Part shown: positions 1 to 13,204 of the stretch, one piece after another | Layout of the letters: every line of letters starts with the position of its first letter | Position numbering within the stretch: position 1 is the stretch's first letter | NCBI RefSeq assembly: GCF_006345805.1 | Contig: NC_043017.1 | Span: 29,512,001-29,576,000 of the forward strand | Reading direction: 5' to 3' | Length of the DNA stretch: 64,000 bases | Source: Octopus sinensis | Lineage: Eukaryota | The notes under the pieces: model-generated | Databases searched by the model: none | Told to the model about the DNA's origin: nothing | What the model saw: the letters and a program-made list of their open reading frames with translations, nothing else | Translations under genes and position numbers: made by a program

Positions 1-602
1 TAAGACAAATAGCAAGGGAAACAGGCGGAGGGGAAGCACTCTACACTTTCATGTCTTTCATCTGTTTATGTATTTCTGCATCAGTTTGGTGGTGGTGGTG
101 GTGGTGGTTGTGATGGGTTTATATGCTTCCATTTCGCTTTCGGAGCAAGTTTAGCCTTGGCTGAACAGGTATACGACAAAATTCGTTCAGCTTTCGAAAC
201 CCGACTTTATTTTATTTTTGTGAGCATTATGCGTTTAGGCTTACATCATATGGCATGCGTTCCTCTCTTTTAAGGACAGCATAGTGTACTATAAGATAAG
301 ACACTTATTCTAACAGATTGCATGTGTAGTATATAATTTCTCCCTACATAATCCAGTCACTTTCAAAGAGACCCTGGAATATCTGTTTGGGATTTGTGAT
401 GATTTGCGATTATAAATCTTCACAAATGAAAACTGATGCAAAAGTCTGCAAAATGCTTCCAAGAAACTATTTTACTGGTTAATTTCACAAACTGTTACCC
501 CCTTGGTCAATAGGCAATCGAATATCTTACTGATAGATGCGTTGTGCTTATAGGTACTCTGGATTAAGTGTTCCTATATTGACCCTCTATTTTTAACACT
601 AA

Positions 603-898
603 GTGTTTATTGAGCGAAAACACCTAAAAGCTCCACGAGGCTCCGGCAGGGATGGTGGTGATCCCTGCTGTACTCTTTCACCACAACTTTCTCTCACTCT
701 TACTTGTTTCTGTTGTACCTGTATTTTGAAGGGCCGGCCTTGTCACTCTCTGTGTCACGCTGAATATCCCCGAGAACTACGTTAAGGGTACACGTGTCTG
801 TGGAGTGCTCAGCCACTTGCACGTTAATTTCACGAGCAGGCTGTTCCGTTGATCGGATCAACCGGAACCCTCGTCGTCGTAACCGACGGAGTGCTTCC
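603..898 (+). mobile_element. SINE family C, 5'-truncated copy
   Basis: Near-identical to the reverse complement of the full-length copy at 29687-30069 (GTGTTTATTGAGCGAAAACACC ... GTAACCGACGGAGTGCTTCC); tRNA-like head missing. Confidence 0.9.
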
Positions 899-1234
899 GA
901 TCCAATCCATTTTTAAACATTTTTAAACACAAAGTCATGGCATTTTTACGCTAAAGATATTACATCCAGAAATAGCGTAAGCAGTAGCTATGATTGTTTA
1001 CTCTACGTAATGAGAGATTGTTTACAATGAAAACACACAAACAAGGAAATATCAAATTGGCACCACGCTAAAACTTTATGAAAACGGGATGTTTATACTC
1101 GGAGGTTGGAATTCAAGCTTCGTTAAGTCTTTCATGTTTCCGGTGTAACCAATTGTAACAACTGACTCGAAATGTTATTGAATGTCGTTAAACTTTATAA
1201 AAACGTGGACGCATTTTATGCTTTTCAATGTTTT

Positions 1235-1401
1235 ACGACAGGGATTATTCCAGCTTCCCTCTACGAAATCCACTCGCAGGGATTTGGTCGGGCTGAAGCT
1301 TTAGTAGAAAAATACTTGGTCAAAGCGCCACCCTGTTGGACGAAACCTGGAACCATGTGGCTCGGAAGGAAACTGGTGACCACAAACCTACACCAGCTCC
1401 T
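1235..1401 (-). mobile_element. Degenerate SINE family B, 5' half
   Basis: Diverged match to B copies at 37317-37691 and 40469-40885 (AAATCCACTC..., GAACCATGTGG). Confidence 0.7.
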
Positions 1402-1587
1402 ATGTCAGATTCACTATATTTCCTGTAGTTATCTCCTCACATGCAGTGAATTAACAGCTAAAACCGTAATCAAAATTATTTGAAACCATAATCAAATTAT
1501 AAGAGGAAGCAACTATATAAGTCTTAATACATAATCCTATATAAGTCTTAATATATAGTCTTATATATATATAAATTTATAAATAAG

Positions 1588-1619
1588 GATAATATCGATA
1601 TTTAAATATCGATATTATC
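1588..1619. repeat. Perfect 32-bp palindrome
   Basis: GATAATATCGATATTT followed directly by AAATATCGATATTATC, its exact reverse complement. Confidence 0.95.
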
Positions 1620-1670
1620 AAGTGGTCAGCACGGGAAAAATACCATACGAAGGTAATAATTTTTTACAAG

Positions 1671-1822
1671 TAAAAATAAGGGTGTCTGAGAGACACCATC
1701 ATGCCGAAATAGCAGTCAAATCCCTGACTCTAAAGACCACCTTAAATTTAAGTTGGTCTTTAGAGTCAGGGATTTGACTGCTATTTCAGCATGGTGGTGT
1801 CTCTCAGACACCCTTATTTTTA
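1671..1822. repeat. 152-bp spacerless near-perfect palindrome with nested hairpins
   Basis: 76-bp arms centred at 1746/1747 with 3 mismatches (1699, 1705, 1740). Each arm holds a 7-bp hairpin, GGTGTCT-nnn-AGACACC (1681-1697 and 1796-1812). Confidence 0.95.
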
Positions 1823-2630
1823 GTTATATATATAAGGACTATATATTAAGGCTATGTAAGTCTTAATATATAGCCCTTCATACAATTGATGTTAGTAGTT
1901 TAATACCTTCACAATTGACAGCAAATGTGGTAACATAAGTGCTTCAAAAACAGGTAATATCACGAATTTGGTCCATTTTAATCTATTAGCAAAAAATTCT
2001 AGGCACCAATGTTCCGAATTCCTTTGATCGTGGCTCTTTTATATCAGACACATCACGCTAGAAAACATCGAAATCATTTTTAAATGCTTGCAAATAAACT
2101 TAAAGTGATGTGTTACCAATCTGTGCGTAAGTGAATATATGTAGATGTATGTGTGTTTTTGAGCGTATGTGTGTGGAAAGATGCATTGCACGGGTTTTCG
2201 ATTATGTGCATGTTTGCAAACATAAACTGAATTAGGAATGATAACATCAGCCTGCATAGATGACCTTCCACATGCAAATCATCCAAATGCTGAGGGACTT
2301 GACAATTAAATTAATTGGTTTCGAGTGTTAAAACACACTGAACGCGAAGGTAATGAACGCATTTTGCCACATTCAAAAGCTGAAAACGCACGCACGCACA
2401 TGCAGGCACACTGTTCGACACCCAAGTCACACACACAGAGATGATTAAGAGTAAATATACCGTATAATCATATATACACACATATGTAAACACGAAGGTA
2501 CATGCATGCACGCATTCCACCCCCATGTATGTATGTGTTGGTGTAAATATGAGAGAAACATGAGCGTATGCATATAATAAAATAGATATTTCCATGAAAT
2601 TATTTACATTGTGTATATATGTATATAAAG

Positions 2631-2664
<34 letters not shown>

Positions 2665-3121
2665 CACACATATATCTGCGCCTGAGCGCGCGCAAGTATT
2701 CAGCTGAGTGTGCACGTGCATGAATGTGTGCGTATGTGTATGCTCGCATGTGTGTACCAGCGTGTGTATGCAAACAAATACACGAACTAGTACATACATG
2801 ATGTTAGAGATTCATTCAATTGAATTATAAGCACATTAAATTAATAGATACCTGGCTAAAAATTCCACACTCGTTTCTACCTTTAAGTTAATTCCCAATA
2901 CTTCATAGTATGTTCCAGGGAAGTTCTGGGATATTCGTTCTGAAGAACTGTTAAATTTGTTAACTACTCAAGTTCAGGGGTCAACATGAAGCTATATGAA
3001 ATTCAATTGGCTCGAAATGGCACACATAGGGGTCAAACACAGACTTCATTTTTACGAAGAGAAACCCATAGAAATTCGGCAATATTTCTATCTTTATAAT
3101 AACCTGCTTGTTCGTCCGCTA

Positions 3122-3157
3122 GTGGAGGCACGTGGCTTAGTGGTTAGGGTGTCAGCA
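3122..3157 (+). mobile_element. SINE family D head fragment
   Basis: GTGGAGGCACGTGGCTTAGTGGTTAGGGTGTCAGCA matches the reverse complement of the heads at about 33120-33157 and 33380-33415. Confidence 0.75.
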
Positions 3158-3239
3158 ACACCCTTAGTATGAGGCATTAATTATACATATTGTAAATAAG
3201 TAATGCTAAGCGAAAAGTGCAAATTGAGTGTGCTTTTAC

Positions 3240-3434
3240 CGTTGAGAGGGAAAGAGGGAGAGAGAGAGAGGGAGAAGGAGAGAACCAGAGAGAGCAAGAG
3301 AAGGAGGGAGTGAGTGAGTGAGAAAGACAGACAGAGTAAAAGCTAAGTATACACACACACATTCATATGTATCTATATATATGTATATACAAATATATAT
3401 ATATACATATATACATACATATATAACATATGTA

Positions 3435-3472
<38 letters not shown>

Positions 3473-3495
3473 CAATCATATATAATATATGTATG

Positions 3496-3526
<31 letters not shown>

Positions 3527-3670
3527 TATATATATATCAAGAGAGAGCGAGAGGGAGAGAGAGTGGCATAGAGAGAGAGCGAGCAAGCGAAACACACACA
3601 CACAGACATATATATATATATATGAGAGAGAGAGAGGCAGAAGGTGATAGAGAGGTAAAGAGAGATAGAG
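3240..3670. repeat. Compound (GA)n/(TA)n/(CA)n microsatellite block
   Basis: Direct inspection. Confidence 0.95.
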
Positions 3671-4225
3671 GTGAAGAACAAAGAAAGCAAACACACAGCC
3701 GGATAAACACATAAATCATAGTATAGTTGTGATTATATTTCTATTTGAAATTACGATTGTTTGAAATCTTAATGAATATTTTTATTTGAAATCATACAAT
3801 ATCATATGAAGCGATACAGTTAATTATCGGCACAGCATTTTGTTGGATAGGTCTGTAGCTGTCTGTCTGAATATTTTAAATGAATTTTAGATGATTATTG
3901 AGTGGTTAAATAAATGAGCCGGCTTAATGAACCGGTAATTAAAAATTATAATTAAAAGTTGGAAGCAAAAAATGGAAATTGATAGAGAAATATATGATTG
4001 CTAATAAATATACACGTTTGCATCTTTTTAGTCTAGCACAATTGTCGTTTTGTCTCTGTCGGTATGTGCATATGTGTGCGTGTGTGTGTGTGTGTGTTTG
4101 CGCGTGCGTTTATGTACGTAGGTACAAAACAAGGTGCAGCCAAAGTTCGAACTCTAAAAGTAGAGTAAAATGTCCTTTTGTAGATTTTCCAGCTTCACTG
4201 GAATAATCTATCTATCTGTCTCCAG

Positions 4226-4229
<4 letters not shown>

Positions 4230-4272
<43 letters not shown>

Positions 4273-4273
4273 A

Positions 4274-4306
<33 letters not shown>

Positions 4307-4426
4307 AAAACACGCATACATATATATATATATAATATATATATATATATAAAACACGCATACATATATATATATAATATAAACACGCATATATATATAT
4401 ATATATATATATATAAACACGCGTAC

Positions 4427-4458
<32 letters not shown>

Positions 4459-4490
4459 AACACGCATACATATATATATATATATAAAGC
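4230..4490. repeat. (CT)n plus (TA)n block with repeated AAACACGCATACAT core
   Basis: About five copies of AAACACGC(A/G)TA separated by variable (TA)n. Confidence 0.9.
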
Positions 4491-4780
4491 TTATATGTAT
4501 CCTAAAATCCCTTAATCGCCACCGTTGCATTTCCTTTCTCTCCCAAGATGGGCGGCTACAATGCATCGTAGAACTTTGGTCAATATTCCAATATATAGGT
4601 TTTTGTGTCAAAAAAGACGAAAGAGGTTCAGTTATTTAGCGGAAATCAGAAGGCGTTCCTACTAGAATCATATAAAGAATAGAAAAGGAAACTGAACGTT
4701 AAAAAAATAAGAATATACAAAGAAACTGAAAGAAACGGGTTATGTGTTTGATTTTCTTGTTAATGTTTTGCGTGAGTGAA

Positions 4781-5073
4781 GGTACATGGCCTACTATTTC
4801 CAGCAGCGAATTCGCAGTCGTGGGATCAAGGGTTCGAATCTCAGACCGGGTGGTGTGTGTGTTTATGAGCGAAACGCATAAATCCGGCAGAAGGTAATGG
4901 CGAACCTCTGCTGAATCTTTCGCCACAACTTTCTCTTGCTCTTTCCTCCTGCATCTAGCAGCTCACCTGTGACGAACTGGCGTCCCCTCCATGAGGGGAG
5001 CCTATATGCCAATGAAACCGGGAAACCGGCCCTTATGAGCCAGGCATGTCACGAGAAGGAACAAGCAACAACA
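4781..5073 (+). mobile_element. SINE family F (C-like head, D-like 3' module)
   Basis: B-box-like GGTTCGAATCTC; homologous to the reverse complement of 53861-54159; ends in (CAA)n. Confidence 0.85.
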
Positions 5074-5261
5074 ATGTACATATAATACATTTTCTATCTT
5101 ATGCAGATTTTGTCCTTTTAACAGAACATGTATTTTCCTAATCGCTAACAAAGTGTTTAGTAATATATTGTATTTGATATGATATACGAATGTTAGACGT
5201 TACGATATTGTTATTACTAGCTTAAGACATATTAAAATATACTTATATTTAAGTATTCTTT

Positions 5262-5659
5262 TCTACTCTAGACACAAGGTCCGAAATATTTTGGGTAAGG
5301 AGGCCAGTCGATTAGATCAACCTCTGTACCCAACTGGTACTTAATTTATCGACCCCGAAAGCATAAAATGTAAAGTCGACCTCGGCGGAATTTTGAACTC
5401 AGAACGTAGCTGCAGACGAAATACCTATTTCTTTACTAACCACAATGGGCTAAACGCAGAGAGGACAAACACGGACATACAAACGGATTAAGTCGATTAC
5501 ATCGACCCCAGTGTGTAACTGGTACTTATTTAATCGACCCCGAAAGGATGAAAGGCAAAGTCGACCTCGGCGGAATTTGAAATCAGAACGTAGCGGCAGA
5601 CGAAATACCGCTAAGCATTTCGCCCGGCCTGCTAAAGTTTCTGCCGGCTCGCCGCCTTA
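5262..5659 (-). mobile_element. SINE family A, one head plus two bodies
   Basis: Head at 5659 matches 13959; second headless body joined at GACGAAATACC/TATTTC (5425/5426). Confidence 0.9.
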
Positions 5660-5959
5660 TAATATTTCAATATTAGTACTGCTTTTATTGATATGGACAG
5701 CGAATACTAAGCATAAGATTTTATGGAGAGTTAGCGTCAGGGTGAATGGAAATATGAATGGGTAACTTAGTTGAATATTTTCCATTATCAAACTTATAAT
5801 TATGTAATAAAATCTCTTATGTTGTGACAAAAATTTGCTAGTTTCTGAATTGAATATGTAAATGTCGGTTCCTATAGGAAACATGGTGTGTAGTAATTGA
5901 ATGAAATAGTGAGGAAATCTGATGCTAGATTACGTATGCAGTACACACACAAATATATG

Positions 5960-5980
5960 CATGCACACAAACGCACTTGC

Positions 5981-6011
<31 letters not shown>

Positions 6012-6199
6012 GATATATATATACACACACACACATATATATATATACACACACACGTATATATACACATACACACGCACATATATATATACACACACAC
6101 ACACGTACATATATACACACACACACGCATATATATATATATATACACACACACGCACATATATATATATACACAACACACACACACACACGCACGCAC

Positions 6200-6240
<41 letters not shown>

Positions 6241-6280
6241 TAGTGAAAGATAGAGAGAGAGAAAGAGAGAGCGAGAAGAT
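5960..6280. repeat. Compound (TA)/(CA)/(GA) microsatellite
   Basis: Direct inspection. Confidence 0.95.
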
Positions 6281-6754
6281 GCTTTGAGTCTTTTATAAAA
6301 AAAGGGAAAATATTTACATGTTAATACGTAAAGTCATGCAAACAGACAGGGCAAAATGAATTCGATTAGACTGAATGATTCCTGACACGAGTTTGCAGAT
6401 TTAGCATATTTTTGAAATAAGTTTAACTTCGTGAACCATCTTCATTCACCAATATGTATGTATATACACAAAGAAATATTTAAAATTGAATTTGAGCAAG
6501 TGTATTTTATGTCTCTTCTTTTTCTATTTCCTTTGTTTTATATGGAATTAGTTTTGTCTTCCTTTCTACATCTCTGCATATTATTTTGAACGTGATTAAC
6601 ACTTTACTTTCGAGAACACATACTAATTTAATAAAATAGCAGTTTATCATTTGTTCATTTGTCAGTGAAGGCTCGATATTGAAATAAGAACTACATGTTT
6701 AGGATGACTCATCGCATTAAATTTTTGTAACTAGGAGAAATGTGGGATTCATGC

Positions 6755-6820
<66 letters not shown>

Positions 6821-7610
6821 GGGGTGTTTGGGTTACATTTGACGGTATTTTATCTCCTTCTGTTCAAGAATGGCACTATCTATTGGTGAACAGTCAATGA
6901 TATTGCCGTTCATGATGGATTCGAAGCCATATGAATACTGGAAAAGTCTACGTGTACAACGATGAACACACCGGATATAAAAATGTCAAGATGACAGCCG
7001 GTCAAATCTCTGTGAACGATGTCAAGACTGTAAGACGTGACATATGGAATACAGTAACGGAGATGACGAAACCGTCGCCAGAAGGATGGATGTTTTTTGT
7101 GTGTCCCTTCAGTGGGTGCGACATCATAACGCTCCATATATTTGAACAGGGCCTTAGGATCCATTTTGAGGTTTATATGAAGTTGCTAGCGACTGTGATC
7201 AAACTTTGCTGGTAAGGTTTGCCACTGGAATGCCATGTTTGTGACAGCAGTAGTCAGCTCCTCGTCATAATTCTGGAAAGCGTCAGAAGTGGTTGTCGGA
7301 GAATTTCTACGACTTCACCAACCTGAATTTCTGGCCTCCTAATTCCTCTGATTTTAATTTCTTAGAATTACTATGTGTATGGCACGAATGAGGACGACAC
7401 CAACCACTGTGCCTGCAGCATCAAAGCTTAAATATTGGCCAAGATCAAGGAGATGTTCAAAAAGCTTCTCAAGGACACAATAAGAAACGCATGCGCAGGG
7501 TTCTGAAGCCGTCTTGAAGTCATTGGGAAAGATGTGGGTGGCTGCTTTGAATAAATAAACTATTATCATCCAGCCATTACATAGTTGGTATTTTTAGAGA
7601 GTCAAATTTA
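6821..7610 (+). mobile_element. Decayed, internally deleted Tc1/mariner-superfamily transposon, DD37D (maT) type
   Basis: Translation with stops and frameshifts: HIFEQGLRIH ... QQ*SAPRHNSGKRQKWLSENFYDFTNLNFWPPNSSDFNFL(D)YYV ... KIKEMFKKL.KDTIRNACA ... GGCFE* (stop 7552-7554). 37 residues lie between the second and third catalytic positions. Starts at GGGGTGTTTGGG inside (TA)n; right TIR not clearly preserved. Confidence 0.85.
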
Positions 7611-7870
7611 TACATACATACATACATACATACGTAAATACATACATGCTTGCATGTATACGTAAATACATGCATGCATGCATACGTACATACATACATG
7701 CATGCATACGCACATACATACATGCATACGCACATACATACATGCATGCATGCATACGCACATACATACATGTATGCATGCATACGCACATACATACATG
7801 CATACATGAATACGTACATACATACATGAAAGAAAAGATACAAATCTGCACATATACATACATACATATA
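7611..7870. repeat. (TACA)/(CATG) compound microsatellite
   Basis: Direct inspection. Confidence 0.9.
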
Positions 7871-8460
7871 TGATTTTCATACGCTTTTTCTTAATCTCTA
7901 CTCTTCCATTCTGTATCTCACATATGTTTTTATATAAGCAGGCATTTACATATATATTAAGGTTAATGAATATCAAGGCAATATTTGTAGATTAACTTCC
8001 CCAGCGAGCTGTTGTATAAGTATTACTGAATTCTGTACTCACCGAAAATTTACTTCAACTTTACTTAAAATTTTTTCTTAAGCAAAATACATAAATTTCA
8101 CTGAAGTTAGAAAACGTCATACAATTGAAATCTGTTAGGTTACTTACCTGCAAAAGAAAGAAAAAAATACATTTAGTATGCATGTAAATATAAAAGACAC
8201 GGAAAATATTAAATAAGCTTTAACATTTAAACAGAAAAATGAGAAATATAAAAAGAAAGAAGTATCGTTCAAATAACAGCTACATAATATGTAAAATATA
8301 AATGGCTGTGTCGAGTTACATGTATGCAATAAATATAAAGTGGCATTTGTTTCGTGGAGTACGATAAAATATTTGTATTATGGCATATTGTCTTAATTAC
8401 TTGTTGTCCTACAACTTGGATCATACACCTATGTCGATAAATTCAAATTTTCGTATTACG

Positions 8461-8518
<58 letters not shown>

Positions 8519-8530
8519 ATACTCTCTCTC

Positions 8531-8966
8531 TCTTCTTTTACTTGTTTTAGTCATTTGACTGCGGCCATGCTGGAGCATCGCCTTTAGACAAGCAAATCGA
8601 CACCCAGGACTTATTCTTTGTAATCCTAGTACTCATTCTATCGGTCGCTTTTGCCGAACCGCTAAGTTATTGGACGTAACCACACCAGCATCGGTTGTCA
8701 AGGGATGTTGGGGGGGGACAAACACAGATACACAAACATGTATATATATATATATTATATACATATATACGACGGGCTTCTTTCAGTTTCTGTCTACCAA
8801 ATCCACTCACAAGGCTTTGGTCGGTCCGAGGCTATAGTAGAAGACACTTGCCCAAGTTGCTGCCATTCAGAAAGTCTCTATCGGCCCGAAGCGATAATAG
8901 AAGACAGTTGCTCAGGATGCGACGCAGTGGCACTCAACGCAGGACCATGTGGCTGGGAAATAAAGT
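8531..8966 (-). mobile_element. SINE family B with a partly duplicated, more diverged 5' segment
   Basis: Matches other B copies; the ATAGTAGAAGACACTTG-like segment occurs twice (about 8833 and 8895). Confidence 0.85.
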
Positions 8967-10209
8967 TCATATCTCAGAGCCTAGGATACATACATGGATA
9001 CATAATACACACGCACACACATATACCTGTGTATGCTTGTGTGTTTGCGTACGCGTGCGTGTATACATATAACACAATCAACAACACATACACACACATA
9101 TACGGATGTACTGGCTTAATTTAAGGTAGCGAGGTGTGGTATAACGAGTGTTTGGGTGGTGTAACTAGATTCAATATACGAAGTTGAGGACTACCACATT
9201 CGATCTGAGTAAGAGGTGTTCATCTCTTTTGTTGTTAGGTCCAGGTTCATTTGGTTCAGTGTTTCTTTAATGCAAAGCTTTCCGGACATAAACCCTCTCC
9301 TGTTATGTATGAGAAAATCCTTTATCCAACATATATTTCAGGACATATATAAAATGATTTCCTTCTGATACTTTCAGAAGTTTAAGCACCCACACAGAAA
9401 TTTGTTTGCTGAACACTGTGTCTAAGGCATATTGACGATATTATATAGTAACGAAATGCAATGAGGACAGTAAAACAACGTCCACGCTCTGAGTCAACTG
9501 AACATATATCACTTTCTCTCCCTAACTTTATAATTCATGATTTGAAACTGCTGGTGGGTGATGCAATGGGGTGAGTCATGAGTTTCTTCAATTTCATTAA
9601 CAGAGAAATATGTCTGATATATATAAAGCAGTATATCATACGTATTATTATGTTAAGATTTGAGAGATTTTAGAGTAAGAACCGGTCTGTTTATTTTACA
9701 AATATAGCTACATTTCCATAAGCTCCATTATAAGTTATATTTCAAAAGATTTCAAAAATAAAGTAAAATTCCATTGCTTAAATCCCAAAATAAAATAAAT
9801 CCTTCAAAACATTGGAATAATATTTCGGAACACAACATGAACATACTTACGAAACAAAAATATATATACTTGAAAGAACAGAAATATATTCGTCATTCTA
9901 AATCAACTTAAAACTATACAAATTGTTTGAAATGTAGTTATTCTACTTAAGTCTCTTTGTTGCCTATTTTGTTCCATAACACGAATGGCAAATATAGAAT
10001 TAAGCGTGTAATACTTTTCTCTCAAAGATCGAACTGTAAATATGACGGAATCTTTAGCTATTGGGTAGATACAATATTGAATTTTTTCGCATTATTAGCA
10101 ATTGACGTTACAAACTCCCTAATCCTACATACGTGTGTGCGTATTCACACACACACACGCAGAAATATACGTATGTATATAAATGTTTAAATGAGAGTAT
10201 AGGTGCGTA

Positions 10210-10214
10210 CATCT

Positions 10215-10259
<45 letters not shown>

Positions 10260-10403
10260 TAGATATACAAATTTAGACAGGAAGAAACAGGCATGTGTGT
10301 ATACATTTATATGTAGGTACATGAAGTGAAAAATATGATATATATATATATATATATACATATATGTATATATATATATATATGTGTGTATATATGCATA
10401 TAC

Positions 10404-10449
<46 letters not shown>

Positions 10450-10512
10450 GTGTGTATGTATATATAATATATATATGTGTGTGTATATATATGTGTGTAT
10501 ATATGCATATAC

Positions 10513-10566
<54 letters not shown>

Positions 10567-10720
10567 GTGTGTATGTATATATATATATGTGTGTGTATAT
10601 ATATGTGTGTATATATATATATGTGTGTATATATGCATATTCATATGTATATATATACATATATATTCATATGTATATATATATATATATATTCACTCAC
10701 ACACACATCTGTTTATATAT
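10210..10720. repeat. (TA)/(TG) compound microsatellite
   Basis: Direct inspection. Confidence 0.95.
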
Positions 10721-11439
10721 ATTTAAATATCTACGAGTGGGCAGACTGACATAATTTTCAGAACCAGAAATCTAACGAAATATGACAGCAAATACACCCA
10801 TTCATACTAGCAGCCCTGAAGCTATATAATATATAATTGCAAAGTAATGTTATCAAATTAGCTGATGTAAGGAAGAATGATGAAAGAGGAAAAAATGGAA
10901 GAGGAAGCAGAAAGTCGAAAAGTAAGACGTTGTAAAGTAAATTTGTAACTTATAGTTTCTTAAATTTGTACTCGAGTTAATCTGGCAACGAGAGAGATTT
11001 CTACGGATGACGGCATCAAATATAATGAAACATACTTGACAGTTGGACTAATAACAAGGCACATGGCAAGAAACTAGCTTATCTATTGTATAGAGACTGG
11101 TTTTTCTCGTTTAATTGCCAATTTTCAATAATCAGGAATATAAAACACACTCACATACACACACACAGATAAATATACATAGACATGTTTGTACAAACAT
11201 GCACGCCGCAGAGACACACGTATCTCTATCAATCTCTTTATCTGTCCATACGCACTTACACATATAGAGGAAAATACAAATGCTCTCAAATACACATACA
11301 CACACGCAAACCAATGTATGTATGTACATATATACAGAGAGAGAGAGCGAGAAAGAGAGAGATAAATATGTATGTATATATATATATATGTGTATATATG
11401 AATATATATATATACATATTTATATATGTGTATATATGA

Positions 11440-11471
<32 letters not shown>

Positions 11472-11847
11472 GTGTATATATGAATAAGTATATATATATA
11501 TAACATACATACATACATACATATATATATAATACATACATATATATAACATACATATATATAACATACATACATATATATAACCTACATATATATAACA
11601 TACATATATATAACATACATACATATATACAACATACATACATATATATGTATTTCTATTTAGGTATGCGCATGCTGAGTCTCAGAGATTCTTGCTCGCT
11701 CTTCAAATTTCAGTGTCAGGCGAAACAAAGCCGTTTGGACTTTAGTCGAATATGAAAACTAATTTCACGGTTAACAAGCGTCTTCTTAAGATCAAAAGTC
11801 CGCCAACAACACTGTCAGAAAATGATGATTATGTTGATGAAGATCAT

Positions 11848-11893
<46 letters not shown>

Positions 11894-11899
11894 GCTACT

Positions 11900-12120
11900 A
11901 GTTTCTCATTTAGGCACAAAGCCACAATTTATGAGTGTCATAGTCTAGGTCGACTTCATCAACTTCCGTATTTGTCTGGTACTTTCTCCCTTATCAACTC
12001 CGGACTAATTAATGTTAAACGCGACCTTGGCGGAGTTGAACCCCGATACTTTAGCGGCATAAGTAGATTCTATACTGCATTATCTCTGGCACACACTGCT
12101 GCTGCTGACAATCCAAATCC
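11900..12120 (-). mobile_element. Old, diverged family A-like SINE between two (TAA)n arrays
   Basis: GGCACAAAGCC, CTGGTACTT, GACCTTGGCGGAGTTGAA align loosely to family A. Confidence 0.55.
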
Positions 12121-12180
12121 GTCAAAATTAATAATAATAATAATAAAAATATTATTATTAATAATAATAATAATAATAAA

Positions 12181-12418
12181 TTCTTTTATTGGCCACAAGG
12201 TCTGACAAAACTTAATTATTTCATAAAGGGACTAAACACAGGACGAAAGTTACAAAGGGTTTTGTCCGTTTGTACAAAATCCATGTAAAAACAGTGTAAC
12301 AACGAAAAAATATAACAATGAAAAAAACTCCCAAAAGGGGGAAGCACTTCGAAAGGTTCCTGGTGGAAAAACCCATAAAAGCCACGGGAGCCTTGTCAAA
12401 AGCGGGGTAGCCCTGATA
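12181..12418 (-). mobile_element. Probable LINE 3' end sharing its terminal sequence with SINE A
   Basis: Minus strand ends CCTTGTGGCCAATAAAAGAA followed by (TTA)n, similar to the SINE A tail CCTTGTGGGTAATAAAGAAATAG; no coding motif visible. Confidence 0.4.
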
Positions 12419-12960
12419 CAGTACCAGGCAGTGGCTCTCATGGCTTCTGATCTTAACTGATTGGAAGTGTTATCATGTATATTGCTTTGTCTTGGTATAA
12501 AAGATGGGCTACAGCAAATATTCTGCTCAATACCACAGATTTGCTTGTCAGTTGTTTGACCTTAACAAGTTGAGCATGTCCCTTAGTGGCCGACAATATG
12601 TGCATATCTAATCATGAGCAGAAGTAGAGGGGGAGCATCATAGCCATGTGTTGAGAGGAAATTGGGGGGGGGGGATAATTCACCCTTGGAAACATGAGTG
12701 TTTCGTTCAACATCCTTAACCTTTATTCAGGGACGTTTTGAGAAGGATGGGCTACTCGATCAGAAGAAAATTCTAACTGGGTTCCACCTGCAAAGTCATG
12801 TGCTGTTTATCTTTATATGAGATCACCCTGTCACGCACATATAGTTGTGATGCATGTGCCTAGTGTACCCTTATCAGACAGGTAGTCATGATGGGTATAC
12901 TGGGCTTCGTATATTTTACCCCAGTGTCACTTTGTTGGTATGCACTGCTCTCTCATTCAA
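12419..12960. repeat. Probable interspersed repeat of unknown class, ending in (TAA)n
   Basis: GC-richer complex segment bounded by TAA repeats; recalled as an octopus dispersed repeat, but no second copy in this window. Confidence 0.35.
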
Positions 12961-13204
12961 TAATAATAATAATAATAATAATAATGACAATAATAATAAA
13001 TAGCCCCAAATTTGGAGTTTCGCAAAGTATGCTTCTTTCAACTATAGCGCTCTATCCTCCAAGTCAACTTAAATTTAAATTCATAAGGAATCGAAAATAT
13101 AATGTACTGGTTTAGCATTTAGTATGGCTTTAACGACTCACTTCTTCCGTTGAAATTAACAGGCATTGTACCTCAATCAGAAGCGATGCATCTTTAATTC
13201 CTAC

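Noticed and set aside
603-785. Recurrent similar ORFs (603-785, 29734-29985, 8695-9124, 40640-40895, 50122-50325)
   Set aside because: They recur because they are read from SINE copies, not from a gene family.
1671-1822. Parvovirus/AAV-type terminal hairpin (endogenous virus)
   Set aside because: The shape is suggestive, but no Rep/NS1 or capsid coding remnant is visible nearby.
9220-9306. Kinase glycine-loop-like LLGPGSFGSVFL and a possible 68-nt exon (9239-9306)
   Set aside because: The kinase-like frame stops immediately and has no further kinase motifs; the other frames give no recognisable protein.
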